Below, one piece after another: positions 1 to 13,704 of a stretch of 64,000 nucleotides of DNA; position 1 is the first letter of the stretch; each line of letters opens with the position of its first letter. A program made the translations under genes and the position numbers. Source of the stretch: Antedon mediterranea. Taxonomy: Eukaryota > Animalia > Echinodermata. Location of the stretch: positions 13,702,001-13,766,000 of the forward strand of contig NC_092672.1 in assembly GCF_964355755.1 (NCBI RefSeq), in the 5' to 3' direction. The notes under the pieces were generated by a model. The model ran no database searches, had not been told where the DNA came from, and saw nothing but the letters and a program-made list of their open reading frames with translations.

Positions 1-212
1 GTTTCATGGCTATAAATTACGTCATTAACAAAATTTGAATATACGCCCATTCGTTTCTCTGTGCATTTTAATAATTAAACAATCAACTGAAATTACAGTA
101 ACATTTTATTCAGAAAAAATACATAATTATTTCTCTATTGAAAAAGTATGACGTAACAACATGTAACCTGTAACGTAAATACAGAAGACCTACAATAAAC
201 AGTGTAACAGAT

Positions 213-227
213 TCTATTTTTTAATAA
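213..227 (-). terminator. Candidate snRNA 3' box (repeated in each unit)
   Basis: TTATTAAAAAATAGA ~10-25 nt downstream of the U2 3' end, resembling the GTTT-N-AAARNNAGA 3' box. Confidence 0.45.
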
Positions 228-237
228 TTATCTTGAT

Positions 238-427
238 AGGTTGGGCCAATCCTGGACGTACTGCAATACCAGGTCAACCCGTGGCCAGGATGGAGCAAGC
301 TCCTATTCCATGGCCTAAATTCAAAAATCAGTTTAATATAGAAGCTACTCGATGAGCAGCGTTTCAGATATTAAGCTGAAAAGAACAGATACTACACATG
401 ATCTTAGCCAAAAGGCCGAGAAGCGAT
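238..427 (-). ncRNA. RNU2: U2 spliceosomal snRNA copy 1
   Basis: Reverse complement reads ATCGCTTCTCGGCCTTTTGGCTAAGATCA-TGTGTAGTATCTGTTCTT (canonical U2 5' end and branch-point pairing GUAGUA), Sm site GATTTTTG, stem-loop IV CCTGGTATTGCAGTAC..CCAGG. 3' end approximate. Confidence 0.97.
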
Positions 428-471
428 AACAATTAAACGAATCTCAACTAGTACCAACAAATGACGACTTG

Positions 472-488
472 CTGTCGAATCAGTGTGA
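472..488 (-). promoter_or_regulatory. Candidate proximal sequence element (PSE) of U2 (repeated in each unit)
   Basis: TCACACTGATTCGACAG at -61..-45 from the U2 start; the position and TCAC start fit snRNA PSEs. Function inferred. Confidence 0.5.
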
Positions 489-1017
489 TACATATAATGT
501 AGCTAATGCATACATTCGACCGATGTGTTAAGCCATACCGTTTAAAATATAAAAGTTTTTACAGAGATTATAGAGTAATATAATTAATTTGTAATAACTG
601 TCAACATGTTTTTTTTAAACAAAACTGATGACGTGTTACGTTCGATGGTCGTAAAACACCGTTAACACTTACGCTACGTTGTCAATTTACATAACAATAC
701 AGAGTATACATACAGTGACGTAAGTAGCGTAATGTTTATCGAGTCGGACCGTAAAACAAAGACGAAACAGTAAAATATACGTTTCATGGCTATAAATTAC
801 GTCATTAACAAAATTTGAATATACGCCCATTCGTTTCTCTGTGCATTTTAATAATTAAACAATCAACTGAAATTACAGTAACATTTTATTCAGAAAAAAT
901 ACATAATTATTTCTCTATTGAAAAAGTATGACGTAACAACATGTAACCTGTAACGTAAATACAGAAGACCTACAATAAACAGTGTAACAGATTCTATTTT
1001 TTAATAATTATCTTGAT

Positions 1018-1207
1018 AGGTTGGGCCAATCCTGGACGTACTGCAATACCAGGTCAACCCGTGGCCAGGATGGAGCAAGCTCCTATTCCATGGCCTAAAT
1101 TAAAAAATCAGTTTAATATAGAAGCTACTCGATGAGCAGCGTTTCAGATATTAAGCTGAAAAGAACAGATACTACACATGATCTTAGCCAAAAGGCCGAG
1201 AAGCGAT
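1018..1207 (-). ncRNA. RNU2: U2 snRNA copy 2 (Sm-site variant)
   Basis: Same as copy 1, except Sm site ATTTTTG is changed to ATTTTTT (pos 1102). Confidence 0.93.
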
Positions 1208-1799
1208 AACAATTAAACGAATCTCAACTAGTACCAACAAATGACGACTTGCTGTCGAATCAGTGTGATACATATAATGTAGCTAATGCATACATTCGAC
1301 CGATGTGTTAAGCCATACCGTTTAAAATATAAAAGTTTTTACAGAGATTATAGAGTAATATAATTAATTTGTAATATTAACTGTCAACATGTTTTTTTAA
1401 AACAAAACTGATGACGTGTTACGTTCGATGGTCGTAAAACACCGTTAACGTTATAGAACACTTACGCTACGTTGTCAATTTACATAACAATACAGAGTGA
1501 CGTAAGTAGCGTAAGGTTTATCGAGTCGGACCGTAAAACAAAGACGAAACAGTAAAATATACGTTTCATGGCTATAAATTACGTCATTAACAAAATTTGA
1601 ATATACGCCCATTCGTTTCTCTGTGCATTTTAATAATTAAAAAATCAACTGAAATTACAGTAACATTTTATTCAGAAAAAATACATAATTATTTCTCTAT
1701 TGAAAAAGTATGACGTAACAACATGTAACCTGTAACGTAAATACAGAAGACCTACAATAAACAGTGTAACAGATTCTATTTTTTAATAATTATCTTGAT

Positions 1800-1989
1800 A
1801 GGTTGGGCCAATCCTGGACGTACTGCAATACCAGGTCAACCCGTGGCCAGGATGGAGCAAGCTCCTATTCCATGGCCTAAATTCAAAAATCAGTTTAATA
1901 TAGAAGCTACTCGATGAGCAGCGTTTCAGATATTAAGCTGAAAAGAACAGATACTACACATGATCTTAGCCAAAAGGCCGAGAAGCGAT
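1800..1989 (-). ncRNA. RNU2: U2 snRNA copy 3
   Basis: Matches copy 1. Confidence 0.96.
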
Positions 1990-2579
1990 AACAATTAAAC
2001 GAATCTCAACTAGTACCAACAAATGACGACTTGCTGTCGAATCAGTGTGATACATATAATGTAGCTAATGCATACATTCGACCGATGTGTTAAGCCATAC
2101 CGTTTAGAATATAAAAGTTTTTACAGAGATTATAGAGTAATATAATTAATTTGTAATAACTGTCAACATGTTTTTTTAAAACAAAACTGATGACGTGTTA
2201 CGTTCGATGGTCGTAAAACACCGTTAACGTTATAGAACACTTACGCTACGTTGTCAATTTACATAACAATACAGAGTGACGTAAGTAGCGTAAGGTTTAT
2301 CGAGTCGGACCGTAAAACAAAGACGAAACAGTAAACTATACGTTTCATGGCTATAAATTAGGTCAATAAATAAAAATTGAAAATACGCCCATTCGTTTCT
2401 CTGTGCATTTTAATAATTAAAAAATCAACTGAAATTACAGTAACATTTCATTCAGAAAAAATAAATAATTATTTCTCTATAGAAAAAGTATGACGCAACA
2501 ACATGTAACCTGTTACGTAAATACAGAAGACTTACAATAAACCGTGTGACAGATTCTCTTTTTTAATAATTATCTTGAT

Positions 2580-2769
2580 AGGTTGGGCCAATCCTGGATG
2601 TACTGCAATACCAGGTCAACCCGTGGCCAGGATGGAGCAAGCTCCTATTCCATGGCCTAAATTCAAAAATCAGTTTAATATAGAAGCTACTCGATGAGCA
2701 GCGTTTCAGATATTAAGCTGAAAAGAACAGATACTACACATGATCTTAGCCAAAAGGCCGAGAAGCGAT
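2580..2769 (-). ncRNA. RNU2: U2 snRNA copy 4 (loop IV A variant)
   Basis: U2 sequence; plus strand cctggatgta instead of cctggacgta. Confidence 0.96.
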
Positions 2770-3361
2770 AACAATTAAACGAATCTCAACTAGTACCAAC
2801 AAATGACGACTTGCTGTCGAATCAGTGTGATACATATAATGTAGCTAATGCATACATTCGACCGATGTGTTAAGCCATACCGTTTAAAATATAAAAGTTT
2901 TTACAGAGATTATAGAGTAATATAATTAATTTGTAATATTAACTGTCAACATGTTTTTTTAAAACAAAACTGATGACGTGTTACGTTCGATGGTCGTAAA
3001 ACACCGTTAACGTTATAGAACACTTACGCTACGTTGTCAATTTACATAACAATACAGAGTGACGTAAGTAGCGTAAGGTTTATCGAGTCGGACCGTAAAA
3101 CAAAGACGAAACAGTAAAATATACGTTTCATGGCTATAAATTACGTCATTAACAAAATTTGAATATACGCCCATTCGTTTCTCTGTGCATTTTAATAATT
3201 AAACAATCAACTGAAATTACAGTAACATTTTATTCAGAAAAAATACATAATTATTTCTCTATTGAAAAAGTATGACGTAACAACATGTAACCTGTAACGT
3301 AAATACAGAAGACCTACAATAAACAGTGTAACAGATTCTATTTTTTAATAATTATCTTGAT

Positions 3362-3551
3362 AGGTTGGGCCAATCCTGGACGTACTGCAATACCAGGTCA
3401 ACCCGTGGCCAGGATGGAGCAAGCTCCTATTCCATGGCCTAAATTCAAAAATCAGTTTAATATAGAAGCTACTCGATGAGCAGCGTTTCAGATATTAAGC
3501 TGAAAAGAACAGATACTACACATGATCTTAGCCAAAAGGCCGAGAAGCGAT
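3362..3551 (-). ncRNA. RNU2: U2 snRNA copy 5
   Basis: Matches copy 1. Confidence 0.96.
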
Positions 3552-4141
3552 AACAATTAAACGAATCTCAACTAGTACCAACAAATGACGACTTGCTGTC
3601 GAATCAGTGTGATACATATAATGTAGCTAATGCATACATTCGACCGATGTGTTAAGCCATACCGTTTAGAATATAAAAGTTTTTACAGAGATTATAGAGT
3701 AATATAATTAATTTGTAATAACTGTCAACATGTTTTTTTAAAACAAAACTGATGACGTGTTACGTTCGATGGTCGTAAAACACCGTTAACGTTATAGAAC
3801 ACTTACGCTACGTTGTCAATTTACATAACAATACAGAGTGACGTAAGTAGCGTAAGGTTTATCGAGTCGGACCGTAAAACAAAGACGAAACAGTAAACTA
3901 TACGTTTCATGGCTATAAATTAGGTCAATAAATAAAAATTGAAAATACGCCCATTCGTTTCTCTGTGCATTTTAATAATTAAAAAATCAACTGAAATTAC
4001 AGTAACATTTCATTCAGAAAAAATAAATAATTATTTCTCTATAGAAAAAGTATGACGCAACAACATGTAACCTGTTACGTAAATACAGAAGACTTACAAT
4101 AAACCGTGTGACAGATTCTCTTTTTTAATAATTATCTTGAT

Positions 4142-4331
4142 AGGTTGGGCCAATCCTGGATGTACTGCAATACCAGGTCAACCCGTGGCCAGGATGGAGC
4201 AAGCTCCTATTCCATGGCCTAAATTCAAAAATCAGTTTAATATAGAAGCTACTCGATGAGCAGCGTTTCAGATATTAAGCTGAAAAGAACAGATACTACA
4301 CATGATCTTAGCCAAAAGGCCGAGAAGCGAT
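4142..4331 (-). ncRNA. RNU2: U2 snRNA copy 6 (loop IV A variant)
   Basis: Matches copy 4. Confidence 0.96.
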
Positions 4332-4923
4332 AACAATTAAACGAATCTCAACTAGTACCAACAAATGACGACTTGCTGTCGAATCAGTGTGATACATATA
4401 ATGTAGCTAATGCATACATTCGACCGATGTGTTAAGCCATACCGTTTAAAATATAAAAGTTTTTACAGAGATTATAGAGTAATATAATTAATTTGTAATA
4501 TTAACTGTCAACATGTTTTTTTAAAACAAAACTGATGACGTGTTACGTTCGATGGTCGTAAAACACCGTTAACGTTATAGAACACTTACGCTACGTTGTC
4601 AATTTACATAACAATACAGAGTGACGTAAGTAGCGTAAGGTTTATCGAGTCGGACCGTAAAACAAAGACGAAACAGTAAAATATACGTTTCATGGCTATA
4701 AATTACGTCATTAACAAAATTTGAATATACTTCCATTCGTTTCTCTGTGCATTTTAATAATTAAACAATCAACTGAAATTACAGTAACATTTTATTCAGA
4801 AAAAATACATAATTATTTCTCTATTGAAAAAGTATGACGTAACAACATGTAACCTGTAACGTAAATACAGAAGACCTACAATAAACAGTGTAACAGATTC
4901 TATTTTTTAATAATTATCTTGAT

Positions 4924-5113
4924 AGGTTGGGCCAATCCTGGACGTACTGCAATACCAGGTCAACCCGTGGCCAGGATGGAGCAAGCTCCTATTCCATGGC
5001 CTAAATTCAAAAATCAGTTTAATATAGAAGCTACTCGATGAGCAGCGTTTCAGATATTAAGCTGAAAAGAACAGATACTACACATGATCTTAGCCAAAAG
5101 GCCGAGAAGCGAT
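4924..5113 (-). ncRNA. RNU2: U2 snRNA copy 7
   Basis: Matches copy 1. Confidence 0.96.
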
Positions 5114-5702
5114 AACAATTAAACGAATCTCAACTAGTACCAACAAATGACGACTTGCTGTCGAATCAGTGTGATACATATAATGTAGCTAATGCATACA
5201 TTCGACCGATGTGTTAAGCCATACCGTTTAAAATATAAAAGTTTTTACAGAGATTATAGAGTAATATAATTAATTTGTAATAACTGTCAACATGTTTTTT
5301 TAAAACAAAACTGATGACGTGTTACGTTCGATGGTCGTAAAACACCGTTAACGTTATAGAACACTTACGCTACGTTGTCAATTTACATAACAATACAGAG
5401 TGACGTAAGTAGCGTAAGGTTTATCGAGTCGGACCGTAAAACAAAGACGAAACAGTAAAATATACGTTTCATGGCTATAAATTACGTCATTAACAAAATT
5501 TGAATATACGCCCATTCGTTTCTCTGTGCATTTTAATAATTAAACAATCAACTGAAATTACAGTAACATTTTATTCAGAAAAAATACATAATTATTTCTC
5601 TATTGAAAAAGTATGACGTAACAACATGTAACCTGTAACGTAAATACAGAAGACCTACAATAAACAGTGTAACAGATTCTATTTTTTAATAACTATCTTG
5701 AT

Positions 5703-5892
5703 AGGTTGGGCCAATCCTGGACGTACTGCAATACCAGGTCAACCCGTGGCCAGGATGGAGCAAGCTCCTATTCCATGGCCTAAATTCAAAAATCAGTTTA
5801 ATATAGAAGCTACTCGATGAGCAGCGTTTCAGATATTAAGCTGAAAAGAACAGATACTACACATGATCTTAGCCAAAAGGCCGAGAAGCGAT
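5703..5892 (-). ncRNA. RNU2: U2 snRNA copy 8
   Basis: Matches copy 1. Confidence 0.96.
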
Positions 5893-6308
5893 AACAATTA
5901 AACGAATCTCAACTAGTACCAACAAATGACGACTTGCTGTCGAATCAGTGTGATACATATAATGTAGCTAATGCATACATTCGACCGATGTGTTAAGCCA
6001 TACCGTTTAAAATATAAAGTTTTTACAGAGATTATAGAGTAATATAATTAATTTGTAATAACTGTCAACATGTTTTTTTTAAACAAAACTGATGACGTGT
6101 TACGTTCGATGGTCGTAAAACACCGTTAACGTTATAGAACACTTACGCTACGTTTTCAATTTACATAACAATACAGAGTGACGTAAGTAGCGTAATGTTT
6201 ATCGAGTCGGACCGTAAAACAAAGACGAAACAGTAAAATATACGTTTCATGGCTATAAATTACGTCATTAACAAAATTTGAATATACGCCCATTCGTTTC
6301 TCTGTGCA

Positions 6309-8821
6309 TCTATATATAAATTTACGTAAGGGCAAAATTCGGTAAATCGCGCCTTACTTCTAGAATTTTCACTCGATGGTATGTAAAGTTGGTTCGTACT
6401 TTCGGTACTGATTTTAACCGCCTGATGTAACCCTGTTTACTAATTAAATTGAGTTAGATAATTAGTTATTGACGATTAAAACGAATTTAGGTTCAACGAT
6501 TTGCCCCAAATAGGGGTGTTTTCCGATCGTGGTATACACTGTCTAATGGATGTCCATCTTGAAAAATACCCGCCAAAAAAATGCGAGGAGGCTTCGCATT
6601 TTTCTATCTCCTCCTACGATAATTGTTTTTAATAGCTGAAAACCGGTTGAACAGCTAGAGTACACCATCATAATGTTGAAGACAGGACGATTTTCTTTAA
6701 AAAATACTATTTTGATAGATTTAATATACGATTATACAAATGTATTGATTTGCGATGAATGGAACATCCCAACCTCTCAGTCTGCCAGAGTTTGGTTTAA
6801 CACAAGTACTGTAGGTAAATTTATGAGCCCTTGGTTTAACACATACGGTAGGTAAATATATGGGCCCTTTGAGAATAAACTTGCAATACTTTGACAATAC
6901 TGTAAATACCTATTAACTATTTTTCATTTGAATCGAACATTTCTTACTGTGAATGTTCGTACTGTTAGATGTAATATAAAAATATATACAAATAAACTTT
7001 ATTACTGAGACTGTGGATAGGCTCTACTGTTAGATATACAAATAAACTTTATACTGACAGTTCCTTCTCAACGTTTGTAATAATTAATAATTACCAAAAA
7101 TATAAACGTCGTAGTGGTGTATCGTGACATGTACTTTAATATTTCAATCGATTATGACAGTGACAGTTTTAACAAAGTATTAAATCGCAAATGTTTTAGG
7201 CCTACTGTATTTAGAGGTATATTATTTATAGGCCTATAAAACATGAACAAAATATTTCGTTACTCAGTGGATAAAGAATATATTTTAAAATTGTTCCTCT
7301 TTGTACCTATCCGCTTTCCCATCCCTCAACCCTAATGTTACATAGCGAGGAGGCTTCGCATTTTCCTATCTCCTCCTACGATAATTGTTTTTAATAGCTG
7401 AAAACCGGTTGAACAGCTAGAGTACACCATCATAATGTTGAAGAGTGAAGACAGGCCGATTTTCTTTAAAAAATACTATTTTGATAGATTGCTAGAGTAC
7501 ACCATCATAATGTTGAAGACAGGCCGATTTTCTTTAAAAAATACTATTTTGATAGATTTAATATACGATTATACAAATGTATTGACACAAGTACTGTAGG
7601 TAAATTTATGAGCCCTTGGTTTAACACATACGGTAGGTAAATATATGGGCCCTTTGAGAATAAACTTGCAATAGGTTCGGAAAATGTTAAAAACCAATTT
7701 CTATTATTTGAATCGGTAAACAGTTTCCATTTATTATACATTGATAATGAAACATGAAATATTCCTATTTATGTCCCTCGAGGTTCATTACAATTTATAT
7801 TTAGTAGTCCCACGGACTTCATCTTAGCCACTCCCCCGAGTGCTAAGGCCAAATTTATGATACCCTACTTTCTATGTAAGTTTAGTTACAGTTAGTTCTT
7901 GACGATAATACAACGAATTTAGGTTACACCCTTCGGCCGCGAAAACGTTTCTGTACAAATATGATACCGATTGGCTTTATTTCATTCAACAGCGACCATA
8001 ATCTCGCCAATTACAGGATAGATAAACTATTTTATTATTGATGTGCTTATAAATTAAGACTCATGTAAACAGCTTGATTACATCATTTTACAGACAAACG
8101 AAACTTTTTTAAACCTACTGTTTCAATAACTGAGTATAATACTGTATACGTTTTCATAAGTAAGTGCATATACATTTTCGTGTTTTCATTGACGAGATTG
8201 TAATAGTAACTTCAGTAACTATTACAGTACTTATTTATTATACGACACAAGACAATTGTATCTGACAGGTACGTACATTATTCTAAAAAATAAGTCTAGA
8301 TAGATCCCTTAGGCGTCATAAATCACAGGCCAACAAATCAGTACTCATGACAGAAATTCGACCCAGTTTGGTTCACACAAATGTTTACAGGAATTTCAAC
8401 ACCACAACCGATGATTTGCCCTAAATATTTAGGTAGACTACAGTTTAATTTTTCACTGAATAGGAGCTTGAATTTCCGATTTCCATTTCGCAGAATGTCT
8501 AGGTCTATTTATTTAGTTTGGTTCTTATAATATATAAATACAATCAACTTTATTACTGCGGTTCCATCACCACCACCACGTGCCGCCCAATTCCCGTACA
8601 TACATTTCCATTTCTCCCTAATTTCTTTAATCCACATAAATTAATTGTCCAGAATCCAGTATTGGTTTTGTTGTCTCTATTTCTGAATACCCCAATTAGG
8701 GGGACACTTCCGTTTTTGTTTAGTGTCCCAAAAAAGTCCCCGTCCGTGGATTCTACTGTATTCGAGAACCATCTGTGAGCACCCCTAGATGGTACGCGAG
8801 CGAAGCGAGCGTGCCATCTAG
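6309..8821 (+). mobile_element. Non-autonomous Helitron inserted in a U2 spacer
   Basis: Empty site in other units is gtgca|ttttaat. Insert begins TC, ends CTAG, sits between A and T with no TSD, and has a terminal hairpin CTAGATGGTACGC..GCGTGCCATCTAG (8785-8821). No Rep/helicase ORF. Confidence 0.92.
6583..7672 (+). repeat. Internal direct duplications within the Helitron (6583-6890 vs 7345-7672, with a nested ~75-bp re-duplication at ~7416-7550)
   Basis: gcgaggaggcttcgcattt...gagaataaacttgcaata occurs twice; gctagagtacaccatcataatgttgaaga occurs three times. Confidence 0.85.
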
Positions 8822-8993
8822 TTTTAATAATTAAACAATCAACTGAAATTACAGTAACATTTTATTCAGAAAAAATACATAATTATTTCTCTATTGAAAA
8901 AGTATGACGTAACAACATGTAACCTGTAACGTAAATACAGAAGACCTACAATAAACAGTGTAACAGATTCTATTTTTTAATAATTATCTTGAT

Positions 8994-9183
8994 AGGTTGG
9001 GCCAATCCTGGACGTACTGCAATACCAGGTCAACCCGTGGCCAGGATGGAGCATGCTCCTATTCCATGGCCTAAATTCAAAAATCAGTTTAATATAGAAG
9101 CTACTCGATGAGCAGTGTTTCAGATATTAAGCTGAAAAGAACAGATACTACACATGATCTTAGCCAAAAGGCCGAGAAGCGAT
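8994..9183 (-). ncRNA. RNU2: U2 snRNA copy 9 (two private substitutions)
   Basis: U2 sequence with changes at 9054 and 9116. Confidence 0.93.
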
Positions 9184-9772
9184 AACAATTAAACGAATCT
9201 CAACTAGTACCAACAAATGACGACTTGCTGTCGAATCAGTGTGATACATATAATGTAGCTAATGCATACATTCGACCGATGTGTTAAGTCATACCGTTTA
9301 GAATATAAAAGTTTTTACAGAGATTATAGAGTAATATAATTAATTTGTAATAACTGTCAACATGTTTTTTTAAAACAAAACTGATGACGTGTTACGTTCG
9401 ATGGTCGTAAAACACCGTTAACGTTAAAGAACACTTACGCTACGTTGTCAATTTACATAACAATACAGAGTGACGTAAGTAGCGTAAGGTTTATCGAGTC
9501 GGACCGTAAAACAAAGACGAAACAGTAAAATATACGTTTCATGGCTATAAATTACGTCATTAACAAAATTTGAATATACGCCCATTCGTTTCTCTGTGCA
9601 TTTTAATAATTAAACAATCAACTGAAATTACAGTAACATTTTATTCAGAAAAAATACATAATTATTTCTCTATTGAAAAAGTATGACGTAACAACATGTA
9701 ACCTGTAACGTAAATACAGAAGACCTACAATAAACAGTGTAACAGATTCTATTTTTTAATAACTATCTTGAT

Positions 9773-9962
9773 AGGTTGGGCCAATCCTGGACGTACTGCA
9801 ATACCAGGTCAACCCGTGGCCAGGATGGAGCAAGCTCCTATTCCATGGCCTAAATTCAAAAATCAGTTTAATATAGAAGCTACTCGATGAGCAGCGTTTC
9901 AGATATTAAGCTGAAAAGAACAGATACTACACATGATCTTAGCCAAAAGGCCGAGAAGCGAT
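9773..9962 (-). ncRNA. RNU2: U2 snRNA copy 10
   Basis: Matches copy 1. Confidence 0.96.
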
Positions 9963-10554
9963 AACAATTAAACGAATCTCAACTAGTACCAACAAATGAC
10001 GACTTGCTGTCAAATCAGTGTGATACATATAATGTAGCTAATGCATACATTCGACCGATGTGTTAAGCCATACCGTTTAAAATATAAAAGTTTTTACAGA
10101 GATTATAGAGTAATATAATTAATTTGTAATAACTGTCAACATGTTTTTTTTAAACAAAACTGATGACGTGTTACGTTCGATGGTCGTAAAACACCGTTAA
10201 CACTTACGCTACGTTGTCAATTTACATAACAATACAGAGTATACATACAGTGACGTAAGTAGCGTAATGTTTATCGAGTCGGACCGTAAAACAAAGACGA
10301 AACAGTAAAATATACGTTTCATGGCTATAAATTACGTCATTAACAAAATTTGAATATACGCCCATTCGTTTCTCTGTGCATTTTAATAATTAAACAATCA
10401 ACTGAAATTACAGTAACATTTTATTCAGAAAAAAATACATAATTATTTCTCTATTGAAAAAGTATGACGTAACAACATGTAACCTGTAACGTAAATACAG
10501 AAGACCTACAATAAACAGTGTAACAGATTCTATTTTTTTAATAATTATCTTGAT

Positions 10555-10744
10555 AGGTTGGGCCAATCCTGGACGTACTGCAATACCAGGTCAACCCGTG
10601 GCCAGGATGGAGCAAGCTCCTATTCCATGGCCTAAATTCAAAAATCAGTTTAATATAGAAGCTACTCGATGAGCAGCGTTTCAGATATTAAGCTGAAAAG
10701 AACAGATACTACACATGATCTTAGCCAAAAGGCCGAGAAGCGAT
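10555..10744 (-). ncRNA. RNU2: U2 snRNA copy 11
   Basis: Matches copy 1. Confidence 0.96.
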
Positions 10745-11351
10745 AACAATTAAACGAATCTCAACTAGTACCAACAAATGACGACTTGCTGTCGAATCAG
10801 TGTGATACATATAATGTAGCTAATGCATACATTCGACCGATGTGTTAAGCCATACCGTTTAAAATATAAAAGTTTTTACAGAGATTATAGAGTAATATAA
10901 TTAATTTGTAATATTAACTGTCAACATGTTTTTTTAAAACAAAACTGATGACGTGTTACGTTCGATGGTCGTAAAACACCGTTAACGTTATAGAACACTT
11001 ACGCTACGTTGTCAATTTACATAACAATACAGAGTATACATACAGTGACGTAAGTAGCGTAAGGTTTATCGAGTCGGACCGTAAAACAAAGACGAAACAG
11101 TAAACTATACGTTTCATGGCTATAAATTAGGTCAATAAATAAAAATTGAAAATACGCCCATTCGTTTCTCTGTGCATTTTAATAATTAAAAAATCAACTG
11201 AAATTACAGTAACATTTCATTCAGAAAAAATAAATAATTATTTCTCTATAGAAAAAGTATGACGTAACAACATGTAACCTGTTACGTAAATACAGAAGAA
11301 GACCTACAATAAACAGTGTAACAGATTCTATTTTGTAATAATTATCTTGAT

Positions 11352-11541
11352 AGGTTGGGCCAATCCTGGATGTACTGCAATACCAGGTCAACCCGTGGCC
11401 AGGATGGAGCAAGCTCCTATTCCATGGCCTAAATTCAAAAATAAGTTTAATATAGAAGCTACTCGATGAGCAGCGTTTCAGATATTAAGCTGAAAAGAAC
11501 AGATACTACACATGATCTTAGCCAAAAGGCCGAGAAGCGAT
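11352..11541 (-). ncRNA. RNU2: U2 snRNA copy 12 (variant)
   Basis: U2 with loop IV A variant and G>T immediately 5' of the Sm site (plus strand aaaaataag). Confidence 0.94.
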
Positions 11542-12145
11542 AACAATTAAACGAATCTCAACTAGTACCAACAAATGACGACTTGCTGTCGAATCAGTGT
11601 GATACATATAATGTAGCTAATGCATACATTCGACCGATGTGTTAAGCCATACCGTTTAAAATATAAAAGTTTTTACAGAGATTATAGAGTAATATAATTA
11701 ATTTGTAATAACTGTCAACATGTTTTTTTAAAACAAAACTGATGACGTGTTACGTTCGATGGTCGTAAAACACCGTTAACGTTATAGAACACTTACGCTA
11801 CGTTGTCAATTTACATAACAATACAGAGTATACATACAGTGACGTAAGTAGCGTAAGGTTTATCGAGTCGGACCGTAAAACAAAGACGAAACAGTAAACT
11901 ATACGTTTCATGGCTATAAATTAGGTCAATAAATAAAAATTGAAAATACGCCCATTCGTTTCTCTGTGCATTTTAATAATTAAAAAATCAACTGAAATTA
12001 CAGTAACATTTCATTCAGAAAAAATAAATAATTATTTCTCTATAGAAAAAGTATGACGTAACAACATGTAACCTGTTACGTAAATACAGAAGAAGACCTA
12101 CAATAAACAGTGTAACAGATTCTATTTTGTAATAATTATCTTGAT

Positions 12146-12335
12146 AGGTTGGGCCAATCCTGGATGTACTGCAATACCAGGTCAACCCGTGGCCAGGATG
12201 GAGCAAGCTCCTATTCCATGGCCTAAATTCAAAAATAAGTTTAATATAGAAGCTACTCGATGAGCAGCGTTTCAGATATTAAGCTGAAAAGAACAGATAC
12301 TACACATGATCTTAGCCAAAAGGCCGAGAAGCGAT
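12146..12335 (-). ncRNA. RNU2: U2 snRNA copy 13 (variant, same as copy 12)
   Basis: Same variants as copy 12. Confidence 0.94.
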
Positions 12336-12924
12336 AACAATTAAACGAATCTCAACTAGTACCAACAAATGACGACTTGCTGTCGAATCAGTGTGATACA
12401 TATAATGTAGCTAATGCATACATTCGACCGATGTGTTAAGCCATACCGTTTAAAATATAAAAGTTTTTACAGAGATTATAGAGTAATATAATTAATTTGT
12501 AATAACTGTCAACATGTTTTTTTAAAACAAAACTGATGACGTGTTACGTTCGATGGTCGTAAAACACCGTTAACGTTATAGAACACTTACGCTACGTTGT
12601 CAATTTACATAACAATACAGAGTGACGTAAGTAGCGTAAGGTTTATCGAGTCGGACCGTAAAACAAAGACGAAACAGTAAAATATACGTTTCATGGCTAT
12701 AAATTACGTCATTAACAAAATTTGAATATACGCCCATTCGTTTCTCTGTGCATTTTAATAATTAAACAATCAACTGAAATTACAGTAACATTTTATTCAG
12801 AAAAAATACATAATTATTTCTCTATTGAAAAAGTATGACGTAACAACATGTAACCTGTAACGTAAATACAGAAGACCTACAATAAACAGTGTAACAGATT
12901 CTATTTTTTAATAATTATCTTGAT

Positions 12925-13114
12925 AGGTTGGGCCAATCCTGGACGTACTGCAATACCAGGTCAACCCGTGGCCAGGATGGAGCAAGCTCCTATTCCATGG
13001 CCTAAATTCAAAAATCAGTTTAATATAGAAGCTACTCGATGAGCAGCGTTTCAGATATTAAGCTGAAAAGAACAGATACTACACATGATCTTAGCCAAAA
13101 GGCCGAGAAGCGAT
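12925..13114 (-). ncRNA. RNU2: U2 snRNA copy 14
   Basis: Matches copy 1. Confidence 0.96.
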
Positions 13115-13704
13115 AACAATTAAACGAATCTCAACTAGTACCAACAAATGACGACTTGCTGTCGAATCAGTGTGATACATATAATGTAGCTAATGCATAC
13201 ATTCGACCGATGTGTTAAGTCATACCGTTTAGAATATAAAAGTTTTTACAGAGATTATAGAGTAATATAATTAATTTGTAATAACTGTCAACATGTTTTT
13301 TTAAAACAAAACTGATGACGTGTTACGTTCGATGGTCGTAAAACACCGTTAACGTTATAGAACACTTACGCTACGTTGTCAATTTACATAACAATACAGA
13401 GTGACGTAAGTAGCGTAAGGTTTATCGAGTCGGACCGTAAAACAAAGACGAAACAGTAAACTATACGTTTCATGGCTATAAATTAGGTCAATAAATAAAA
13501 ATTGAAAATACGCCCATTCGTTTCTCTGTGCATTTTAATAATTAAAAAATCAACTGAAATTACAGTAACATTTCATTCAGAAAAAATAAATAATTATTTC
13601 TCTATAGAAAAAGTATGACGCAACAACATGTAACCTGTTACGTAAATACAGAAGACTTACAATAAACCGTGTGACAGATTCTCTTTTTTAATAATTATCT
13701 TGAT

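Noticed and set aside
6673-8778. Short ORFs inside the Helitron as captured genes or Rep/helicase
   Set aside because: No recognisable motifs; 60-86 aa in AT-rich, internally duplicated sequence.
11221-12206. Duplicated 63-aa ORFs (11221-11412, 12015-12206)
   Set aside because: They overlap the U2 3' end and spacer and are open only in two variant units; chance ORFs.
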